Shown here one piece after another: positions 1 through 12,000 of a stretch of 64,000 nucleotides of DNA. The stretch is from Tubiluchus corallicola (Eukaryota; Animalia; Priapulida), in the NCBI GenBank assembly GCA_030141605.1, contig JAQGDQ010000429.1:124001-188000 (forward strand), read 5' to 3'. Numbering within the stretch: position 1 is the stretch's first letter; each line of letters starts with the position of its first letter. A program made the translations under genes and the position numbers. The notes under the pieces are model-generated. The model did not search any database, was not told the origin of the DNA, and saw nothing but the letters and a program-made list of their open reading frames with translations.

Positions 1-55
1 AAATGCTACCTGTTTAGTTTATTTAAAAGAGTTCCATTACAGTAATATGTTTTAG

Positions 56-3000
56 GTTGTTGCTAATATCGAGAAGTTGTCTGCGTTGGAAGTAGAATTG
101 CAAAAGTCAAAGTTGCAGTGTCAAGAACTAGAACATAATCTTGCTGAACTGCAGGTATACATTTTTGAACAAATGCAGTTTAAAGGAAAGAACAAATTAC
201 TTAACCAACATTCACTTGAAAATTATGACAAAACTGGTGGACATCATGACCTTTCGTAAGAGCATCATGGCTTTCTGTAAGCACTGGCTGCTTAAACTGA
301 TTCAGACTTCTGCAGCTTACCTATTGTTAATGCAAAAATATTGCAAAATCTAATTCTTTGTAAAACTTATTATACTCGTACTTTTGGTGGAAATTGACAG
401 TGTGCTACGTTTCTTCGCCAATGAACAAATGTCACTGGTGAAAGAATGGGTGTTCAAAATGGGAATACTGAAGTGTGAAATGATTGTGACTTAAAAGTGA
501 TTTTAGTAATGTCATAAGACAATTATCACTCTTTTAGTACTTAATCCTTTTAACATTTTTCACAAATATTGACATAAGCCTAACTTCCCCGAAGGCTTAG
601 CATTTCTTTTTCTTTTAAGTGATATTTAAAACTACAAATAATGTCAACATCAATGTAGAATTTTAATAAAATTTTAAATCATTATTTTCTAAGGAATAAA
701 GTTCCTTGATGTGATGAATGTTATGAACAGTGGTTACTCAGAAACTGATCCAACATTGTTGTAGTTTTTGGTAGGATTCGCTTTAACGTTTTTTTTATGT
801 TTCAAACAACAGCAAGGCTTGCAATTAGAAAAAGATAAAGCAAGGCTATTTCAAGAGACTTCACAAGAGTATTTAGAAAAGGTGAGTCATTAGTTCAATC
901 TTATATTAACATATTGACACGCTGATAGCATTTATCGTCCATCATTGTGACTCGATAAAATCACAAGTGTGTCATTTTTCCCATCCTTTTATAAAAAGTT
1001 TTATATTGAACATAGAACAGGTGCATGAACAGAAACTGCAAATGAATAAAAATACTTTGTGAAAACATTTTTGAGCAGTTGCTGCTTGATTGGTAGGCCA
1101 GATCAGTTAGTTAGTTATTGAAACAGTCATTTAAACGCTGAACTGTTTTATTTAGTTAGTGAATAAGTTTCATTTTATTGTTTATCATTTGATTCATTTA
1201 GTTAGAGAATCTTTGAGGCAGTATGCACGGTATAATTACGTTGCCTGTAGTTTTACATTAATTTTGTGCAGCATACTTCACTTTGCCATTGTGCTGTTGC
1301 TAAAGCTAATTATACTGTGTTTTTAATCTGTATTATATGCAATGAGAGGAGGCAAAAGAAATTTTTGCTCATAAAGGGATAAGGTCTCTGGTGGTTGGTT
1401 GTTCAACCTCTTCCAAATCCATCTGCTATGCGACGGTGGTAAAGTCAAGTCACGGGTCCTTTTGCCAGGACGGGAAAGATTGTTTGCAACTAACCATTTT
1501 ATTATTGTTTTAAATGTGTAAAAGATGACTGAAAAAATATTGTAAAAAAATTTAATGTTTTTTTCACAATCTTAAGAGCATTTTTGCATCACAATAGTAG
1601 TTGCTTTGATACTTTTTTAGGTTGAAAAGCTGACTGTGGATTTGGAAGAGAAATCAGTGGAACTGAGCAACTTGCAAGCGTTGCAGTCTGATGATGCAGC
1701 AAAGAATGATCAAGCTATTGCGGAATTGACACAAAGCGTTGCCAGCATGTCTGAAGTAGCAAAACAGTTGCAGGCGGAGTTAGAAAGAAATGAACAACTT
1801 CAGAATCAGTTGATAGAAGCAGTGAGTTCATCTACAGTAGATCTCTGATTATTATTTGCCTTTAGTAAAAGAAACAAAACATTTCACGGGGTGCTTTCCA
1901 CATTGTCAATTGTAAACAAGTGTAAGTCAAAATCTTCAACAATTGATATGATCATATACTAAAGCAATAAGGAAAATCTTTGGGATTAACACCCTTGGCT
2001 GTGATGTGATTGTAGCTATCATCTCATCCATGACCAGCTCAGGAGGGAGAGGGATATTCTATAAAAGAAATTTGTACAATGTATGAATTCTTGATCAAAG
2101 AAGCATTTACATGTGGTGTCAACATCCAGGCCTAAGCAGCAGGATGGAGGGCTATAGCTACAAATTACTTTTATTGAATATTCTTCTTCTTTCTGAGCTG
2201 GTGGTAGCTGCAATCACATCGCAGCTAAGAGTGTTAATTCCAAAGATTTTCCTTATTACTCCAGTTTATGATTATACCAATTGTTGAAGATTTTGACTCA
2301 CAGTTGTTTGCAACTGACAGCATGGGGAGCGCTCAATGAAACGTTTTGTTTGTTTATTAAAAGTATTAAATTTTATCAGTGATGCCAGATTTTTTAGCAG
2401 ATTTAGTAAAAGATGCGCATTTTTTATTTTTGTTTTTAGCAAAATTGTTTATAACTCTTGCAACCATTATAAAATCATATGTGTTTTAAGCTACACCAGC
2501 TGAAGTTGTACCAAACAATTCTATAGTATGACTCACATCTAAACTATTTTTTTGTTGAATTTCTGTTAAAATTAGGCTTAATTTTCTAGTATAATTTACT
2601 TGTTTTTCTGCTTTTTCTCGTGTAAATTTAAACCTTACTCCAGTTTTTTTCAACCCTCTCCCCATTTAGTAAAATTCCTGAATCTGATTGCTATTTCTGT
2701 TTTACTTCTTTAATGATAATGAATTTTTGTAGCAACAAGTGCGTGAACTTGGTAAAGCTGAACAGGAGAGATTAATTCGACAGTTAGAAGGTACGTTGCT
2801 GATTTGTTTCTTTTTAATTGAACAGTTTAGAAATTCATCAGGAGAATTTGTTGCAATAAATTTAGCACATTATTTTTTTGTCATTTCCTACCCCTGCTTT
2901 GAGACTGGTCTTACGTTGGTTAAAGGTAGTGTGTAACTATGGTGTTTATTTGTGGCCTGCTTTATGGGTGAGTTCATTTTGCATTTAATGTTTTTCAGAA

Positions 3001-6000
3001 CACGAAAAAACAATTCAGGGTCTCAGTACTAAACACGAACAACTCTCTGATGACAAAGTGAAACTGGTAAGCCATTGGACAATAGGTTATTTTACTCACC
3101 AATAGCTGGTGAGTAATTATGACCCTTACCTTGTAAAGTTTATATGCATTACTATAAATGCTGTTGCAAACAAGTAACTGTAAAAGATTTGATTGGGTAG
3201 TTATCTAAAAAAATATGATTTATATTCTATGAGACCGTGACTAAAATATTTAATAAAATATTATATCAGGAACAGAGAATTACCATTCTTAATGACAATG
3301 AGAATTTCTGAACTTCTTTCAAACCCTGTGATTAAATAAAATGACAAAATGATCACACTTCTATTTGTCAGTTACGACCGTGCAATAGCTGATCAGTAGT
3401 TTTATCTCTTTATATTATATTTGGTCTGAGGCATTTATTACTCAAAATACGAGTATGTTGTCATATAATTCGAGTAATTTTTTGCTTATAGGAACAGCAG
3501 CTGGCTGAACTGGTACAAAATGCTGGCGACAGTTCGCAGCAGCTTGTGGGCATGAATGACCAGCTAAGGCAAAAAGACAGGTAATAACAGATGTTGGGCC
3601 GACCACAAAAAAATTTTCTGTCTTGCCTCATGAGCTCAAAAGATGTCTGTAAGGAGAGAAGAAAAGTTGTATTTAAACTTTTGTAACTGTTTAAAGCTGA
3701 ATCCTGGAATATTTAAAATCAATTGAAATCAAAGTTTGTTTAGTTTTCACTGTTTAGCAGTAATGTTTTAAATTTTTTCAATGTACATTTTTTCATGCTT
3801 CGTTTTTTTTAGATTTTGTTTCGCATTACTAAAATATTTGTATTAATTATCGTATAGACTCTCTTTTGTGCGGAATGAATGCTTGTTCTGATAACTATAG
3901 TATATGTGGCAATACTACTCGGCCATTAATACACTGATTTGACGGATACCTTTTAGCATCCAATACGATAATCAGCATCATGCAAAAGGCCAAGCCTAGC
4001 CAAGAGTTAGCTATAGAAAAACATGGCTGCCTCGCCAAAACAGCGATGTTATGATAATTACTGTGTTTTACATTTTAAATTATAAAGTACGCTTTAAAAT
4101 GATTCTATCAAGTAAGTATATGAACGTACAAAAGAAATTATCAAATATCCCAATGGATGTGCAATAAAAAACATTACCTGGGCAATTAAACGGAAACAGA
4201 AGTATTTTTATTGTCAGTCTTAGGACTGATTATTTTTGTGTGACCATGTTGTCATTAGTTGCCTAAGTCGATGACAGTGTAGGATATAGATAGCATGTGC
4301 TGTATTTTCTTTTTTGCAGCAGCTTACACTGTTTCATTTTATTTTTTCTGATATTTTAGTGTTTTTGGTATGATTTCTGCAACCTTCATGATTTTCATTT
4401 TTAATGTCTTATTAACAATATTTTAAGAATATGTTGTTATGTACACGTATTTCAATAATATTTTATGTAAGGGAAGGATTTACACAAAATTTCTGACTCG
4501 GTAAGGTTTTAGTACTATTTAATACCCATACTTTCATTTTCAAATTGCTGTTGAAATATCTTCATACTGTTGTTAACCTATTTTTCAGGCATTATATGGA
4601 CATGAACATTGTCTCCCTTGTTCTGCTGTAATACCTTTTGATGGAGAGCTCACTATATAACCTTTGAGAAAGATCCTATTCTGAATTTCGTATTTTACTT
4701 GCTGCTGAAAATGTTTCATAATTTATAAACCATCAATGACATTTCAATGGAAAAGCAGCTACAACAGCCTCTGAGAATATCGTCGTTTTAATGAAGATTA
4801 GTATTCTGTCAATTTGCACATTTTTATGTGAGGAAATATGGGAATGATGAAACATACAAATTGACTGATGCTAATCTTCAGCAAAATGATGATATCCTCA
4901 CTGGCTGTTGTAGCTGTTTTATAATTTGATAGAACGTATAAATGATGAGTATTGATAATAACTTCTTTGAATGCTCTTACATGTCTATCTTGATTTGTTG
5001 GTTTAAATATTTTCAGGAGAATAGAAGAATTATTGGAAGTCGTTAGTCAAAAAGAACATGAGATCTCAGAAGTGCAAAAGCGGTTAGAATCTAGCAACAA
5101 CCGGGAATCTGACCTCTCCCAGCAAATTGTTGAAAAGCAGGAGATAATAGACACACTAAACAAAGACAAAGAAACCTTGACAGTATGCATTATTAGTTTA
5201 TTTTGCTCTAAAAATGTGTGCAGAATTTTTGCTTTCAATTCTTGAACCAATTGCTGTTAATGCCTCTGTGAATTCATAACATGCAGCACTGCAAAGTAAT
5301 TCCTAATTCATATGACCCTACGTTCTGATTACGAACTCTTACTATGCCTATTGTACCCATTGGTGAACGGCTGACAAGGCATTACAACCTACATGCTGGG
5401 CACTTTCCTGTTCTCTCAAAATTACGAGTACAGTTTTGCAAAAAAATGGTAAAAATTATTCATAACTTGTACTGGCAACCATGCTTTCTTTATGCGCTAT
5501 TGTGTAATGATGGACTCGGTGGAACTTTGTGACTGCGTATTAATTACGTTATTATTTGCAGATCTACTCCTCTGTTTCAGGTGGAGAAAGATACGTTATC
5601 AAAGAACCTGGAAGAGCTGAAACAACATGCACAATCGGTTATGGATGAGAGTAAAGTCAGAGTTACAGAGCTGTCACATGCACTAGAAGAGCAATTATCC
5701 CATGTACGCGCTGAACTGGAACAGACGGCAACTGATCGTGATGCAGTTTCGGTAGCTCATGATCAGGTAGGTTATACTTTTTAGGTAGCATTTTGTTGTG
5801 CTGTTCAAACTTCATTTAAAATCGATTTAAGACTACACTGTAGTAGGCCCTGTGTCAGTTTTTGTAACTTTCCCTAGTTAAATATTGCTATTGTTCTGGA
5901 AAAAAAATTGTCTTAATTGGAACAATGAAAATCTATTGATACATCGGTTTAAAAAGATACTTCTTCTGTAACTGAATAGGCTTCTTTACCTGTGTAAAAA

Positions 6001-9000
6001 CAAAGAACAAATATTTTGGGCAAGACCTCCCATGTTTGTAAAGACACTAAGCAAGGCACTAACGTCTGATGACTATGATTAGCTAATGGTACTGATGTGA
6101 ATGAAATTTGCAATTAATTTCCTGCTTTTGTTTCTTTCTGTTTGTTTCTTGTGACATTCCTATGATAACTAAAGCATATATTTGCAAATGCTCAACTGTT
6201 TAGTGTCTGCTGTTATTTATGTACTCAGCGTATGGCAGTGCTGACTTATATTTGTCTTGTAATTCAAAAGCAGAAGATTTTTCAACCATTTTTCTCATTT
6301 TATAGCTACTACAAGCTTTTAACGAACTGAAGCAGCAAGCAGAAGATGAGGAGTTCAAAAAAGCTGAAATACAAGCTGCTTTAGAAGAGAAACAAGAGAC
6401 GACAGTCAGTCTTCAATCGCAGGTAACATGCCCTTTACAGCAGAGAGATTTTTTATTTTTTGGAATTTTTCACTTTAGAATTATTTGTTATGCAAATCAT
6501 GTCTACTTTTGAGCGTCAGGCTAGAAATTAACTTTTATCGAGTTTACGGAACTATGACTGAGAAAGGTGTCCAAATAGGCTTTGAAATTTTTTGATTTCG
6601 TATCCAACTAAATGGATCAGTATCATATTTGAAATAATTTCTAAGGTGTGTGCTGAGCATTCAATGTATAATCTAATACTTTAGGCCTCAGTCTTGTTTT
6701 CATCGTCAAGTTTTGCATTTGCATTTTTTCTTGCTAAGTCCGCCAAGAAGGTTATGTTTTTATTGCTGTTTGTTTGCTAACAAGATCATGGAAAATTTAA
6801 ATAATTAACCAATTTTTATAAAACTTTCTGGAAATGTGGGGCTTGGGACAAGGAAGAGTCCTTTCAATTTTGGCAATAGCAGGTTAGGAATTACAAAAGA
6901 AATCAATTTTTATTGATTAACTATTGGCTTGCATGGGAAAAATTCTGTGACAAGATAATAAATCACTGCAGGAAAATTGCAATCTGCAAGGGTAAACATT
7001 ATTAATGAGATGATGTCAGAACAATAAGCCTTTTCACAGTTTTGATGTAATGCATGTGCATTTGCTGTAGGTCAAAGGTTAACTGAACCCAACAGTTCTT
7101 ACTTAACTACAGCCGTCGACCTTATGCACAAAACTACATGTAGGTTAAACTGGTCAAATATGCGGTTATTTTTGTTATAATACTGCATCTGTATAGTTTT
7201 AAACTAACATATTATTCTTATCCGAAAGCAGCTAGCAAAATAGCAGCAGCAATCCATGTAAAATAAAATAAATGAAGTGAAAATCAATGCCAAGAGCTGT
7301 TAGTAATATAGTAGCATGGGCTCCGAAGCATTGTCAAGAATAAACAAATGCATTGAAACTTACAGTTTGGTAAATTGTCTTCCGTAGGCCTAGGCAATGA
7401 TCTGCGCTTGGCTGATTGCCATTCTAGTGTTACTACCTTTCTTTTTGTTTGCTTTTAAGGTGGCTTCTTTAGAAAAAGAGCTAAAGGCAACACAAGAGAA
7501 AGCTGAAAGGCGCAAAAGTCGTGAACTCAAAATCGAGCACGAAGAGAAGAAACTGCAAGAGCTTATGTGAGTTATTAAAACGGGTAAAAATAGTGAATGT
7601 AGTTGCCTGATAAAAGTGAATTAAGATTAATGCTAAATGAGTATGTGTGTAACTGTGCAATTCTATGAATTTTGCCGTATGGAAATGTGAAATTATCGTT
7701 AATTTTTCATCAAACTTTCTCGCTTTCTTGCACTTTCATTGTACTGTGAAACAAAAACCAATTTTTTTCCTTTTTTCTCTTGCATAAAGTGCAGCTCATT
7801 TTTCAGCTGGCTTTTCAAACTGATTTGTTTTCAACTATCTGAAAAGTTTTTATTATTAAAAAAATAAATGAACTGATCATTCGCAGTAGTACATCTTGAA
7901 ATGATTATGCACTTATTCTTTCATTTTTCTATTTATTGTTTAGTACATCTTTACAAAAAGAAGTAGATGAAAAAACTGAAGATGCACATCGCTCAAAGGC
8001 TGAACGCAACTCATTGTGCTTAGAAATACAAAAACTTAAGTCAATTGAGCAAGAAAAAAATGAAGTAAGAAAATTGAAGCTTATTATAAAACTTGTGCAT
8101 TTAGTTTGTGTGGCATTCTTAATGTGATGATATGAAGCTGTAGGTCAACTGTAAATATGTTTAATATATAATCTTCTTTTTTTTCTTTTCAAACTTGCAA
8201 GGACACTAAAATCTTGGTAATCAATTAGAATTTATTTTTTCACACATTTTCACATGTTAGTAGTACAGTTTATTTAATAAAGATAATAGCAGATGCATAT
8301 AACAAGAACTGACCTGAATAATGCCCTTATTCAGATCTGTTCTTGTTATATACATCTGCAATTATTTTCTGCATTATTATGAAATAGAATGCAGGTTATG
8401 TGTATGTCCACATCGCATGCAGATAGCACGACCAAATGCACAATGAAGTTGAATTAGATCATTTGTAATATATATTTAGACAACTGTCGGCATTATACTG
8501 CTTAGTTAATATGTTTCTTTATAACAGAACATGTTGCTGATTGTTAATTGTTAATGGTTTAGGTAATAACCCAAAATGTTTTGTTATAAATAAATATTTC
8601 TAACTGTACGTCAAAAATTCCTCATATCAGCAATTCTCGACTGTTGGAAAATGTTTTAGCATCATTCTTTGTTTCCTAAAAAACTGGTGAATACGTGTCA
8701 TCATCTTATTTTCTCTTTCTCTTTAGCTAATTATTTATAATCTTAATATGAAGATTATTATTAATGCTGATACCAACCTGCAGTTAATTGAATTTTGAAG
8801 CCAAATTGAAAAACAAGAAATGTGAAAAAGTTGAAACGAGCCTGGATTGGAACCTGGAACCTTATACTTATCCAGCAGATCCCATAAATGCTAGACTACC
8901 ATGCTCCTCACTGTGATCTTGACAATCCAGAGTTTATTCAGTGTTAGCAGGTCCCTCGTTATGTCCATGTTGTGTTCCAACTTTTCCACATTTCCGGTTT

Positions 9001-12000
9001 TTCAAATTTTGTTTCAAAATTCAATTTATTGTGGATTTCTACCATCATTTATATTTTGTTTTTAACCAGTGTAAATTTCTGTGGTTTCTTGCAAAGTTAC
9101 TTCCATCTTCAAGTTGAATGCTGGGATTTTATTTCTTTTTTGTCATTTTTTTATAGTCTGATAACCAGAAAGCAGCAGCCCAGGAAAAAGTTCACGTTCT
9201 TGAGCAGAGGTCAGTATCGAAATCTCACAGTTGTAAACTAATTCAAGCCGATCTTTTTGCCTTTTCCTTTTGTTTTTTGTCCTTCACATGCCGCTTCTAC
9301 TTTAGACTTTCTTTGATAACTTAAAAGTTGTTTGTTGAGTTTTTAAGCATATTAGTGAGCGGTGTTCGAATTTTAAAATCCCCCTGATGTTTAATTCATT
9401 TGAATTTCGTATTTGTTGTCTCGTTTTCATTTATTTTTTCATTTTTTAAATTTTTTGCGCTGATGAATTCTGTTTATATTTAAATCATTTTGAACACTGT
9501 CGTATCATGACGTGAAAGTTAGAACCACGTTAGGCGGAGTAAAAAGTTCAGTTTGTTACTGTAACATTTTTTCTTTTTAAGCTATCTTCAATTTCATTGA
9601 ACTTTATTATAATCGTATTAACACCTATCTGCGCTATAGTTAAGTTTTATAAATATTTAAAATAGTTTTTAGAGTAGTGAACTAGTAGAGTAGTAAAAAT
9701 TTTTAGTGAAATTTTTAACGGAACATATCGGCAGCTTAGAATATGTATAGTTTATTCTACATAATTGCTACAATTATTCTGCTTGTCTGCATGCATATGC
9801 ATATGTAAATGGTATATATATATATGTTGTATACATATTGTAGGATTGCTGAATTGGAAATGTCAGCATCGCATGAAAAAGAACAGTTTGAGCAACAGAT
9901 GAGTGCAAGTACTGATGCTATCGAGCAGAAGGAATCTGAACTAGAGTTTCTGCAGACAGAGGTGTGACAGTAAAGTTTACTCAGTCTGTATGAGATTAAC
10001 CTCTCGAAGTCTAAGAAAAGCCTTGTTACTGTTCTTTTGAAACGTTTTGTTGCAAAAGCTGTATGCATTTGAAAGCAGGGCCAAAAGGCCAGTGTGATAT
10101 CAGTGTAGTGAGCTTTAAATTTCTTCCCCTAGCAATTTCTTTGTTAACAGCAAAGTCATCACTGTTTTCATAAAGTAAGTAACGACTCAAACTTCCTTAG
10201 ATTTTCTATTGCTAAACAGTTTATCTGTTGTTACAAAATCGTTGCTTGTATAACCAGTTAAAGTAAACTTCCTCGCGAAATTGGTACAATAATTTGTTTC
10301 TAAATCTTTGGGGTCACATTTATAAATTGGCTATATGTTATGTGTTAGTTTAACAAGTTAGTATAGCAATAGTAACACTATGTTATCATGTAAAGATCAT
10401 ACAATAGTATGTCAGAATTCTGAAAGCTGTTCATAAGTACTAACACGACTAATACGTAACACAAAAACTATTCAATAAGCCTTTTCACAGTTTCGTTGTG
10501 CGTACACGCAGTGCTGTAGGTCAAAGGTTAGGTGTGCCAAAGCAATGTGTGTTAACTACAACCGTCACATGACAGTCATGTAAATCAAAGACGTCTGCCG
10601 CATCAGATTTGTAACTTCAGTTGCGACACCATTTCTTTGTTTTACGTGAACTTCACTTAATTATGCATAAGTTTGTGTGATGTAGCGTAATTTACTAGCA
10701 GGATCTTGCTTAGGAATAAGAAAAAAGAACTAAGTAAGGTTCTAGCTAGCTGTTAAAACTGTTACTATTACAATGGTAACAGTTTTGTGAAATGTACACA
10801 AACTGGTTCAATTAACCTTTGACCTTTTCACAATCATCATCAGTCGCAGGAACTGTGAAAAGGCTTATTCATTTTATACAGTATGTTCATTATTCACTTT
10901 CAGCTGTCTGTACTGCAAACTGAGGTAGCTACGGTTGAAAACTGCAAAGTTCACATCAGAAATCTGGAAGCCGAAAAGCACGTGTTAGTGGAACGTATAC
11001 AGCAGCTAGAGCGCGACTTGCAGTCTGAGAAAAACTCTAATGTGATTGCCAGTGATACTAGCATCGATCCTTTAATTGCCAGGCTTACAGAGGAGAAAAA
11101 ACTTTCAGATGGGCAGGTATGAGCATCATGAATCTGTTTGGGTGGTAACATAAGCTTGCATGTAGATTCGTGTCAAACTGCATGCCGGCTGGAGTTAGTG
11201 ATTCACTGTTACACATTAATGGCTGCTTAGTTTATATATTAAGTAATTTCACTTAGTCACTGTGACTCTGAACTTAGCATGCATTGTCGTAATAGTGTGC
11301 AGTTTGGCACTATCTCTTTCTATAAATAGTTATTGAAATAATGTTTGTATTACATGCTAGAGATTTCACTGTGCTTTTGGCATTCATGCACACACAATGC
11401 TACCTTTTCTTTTTAATTAAATAACCTTAACTAGTTAATTTACATCCATATACATGCACACTAATTGTTACAGTATACGAGAATTTGTGTCAAATGATTG
11501 TTCACTACTATTTTTTTGACGTGTGTATTATTTACGGCATTAGTAATTACGAAGTATAAGTTAGCCATGTGCTTTAGTACTGTAAAAACTGATGGAAAAA
11601 GTGTTGAAGATATTTGCACGAAAAATGTGTCCACGTTCCCATTCAGTGCAGCGTTTCAACCTGTGAAATTTATTACAATGTTAAGATGAAGTATTGTACA
11701 GATACTTGACACTTTTACATATCATTTCATTGCAAGTTTTGCTGCAACACCATTTATATATATATGCATTATATGATCAGGGCCGTCTTAATAGCATTAT
11801 AGGCCCCTGGGCAAAAAAGCAGTGCTCTGTAGACCCTACCTACACAACCACTCACAAGAATAAAAATGTAAATGGTCGATAAAATCAAACATAAAAAATG
11901 ATATTTATTGTATTTCAGTGTTTACACTCGTAAACAAAATCTCTGTTTAAACATTAAAAAACATACTGTGCAGCAAAGATTAATCAACACAAATGTTTGA

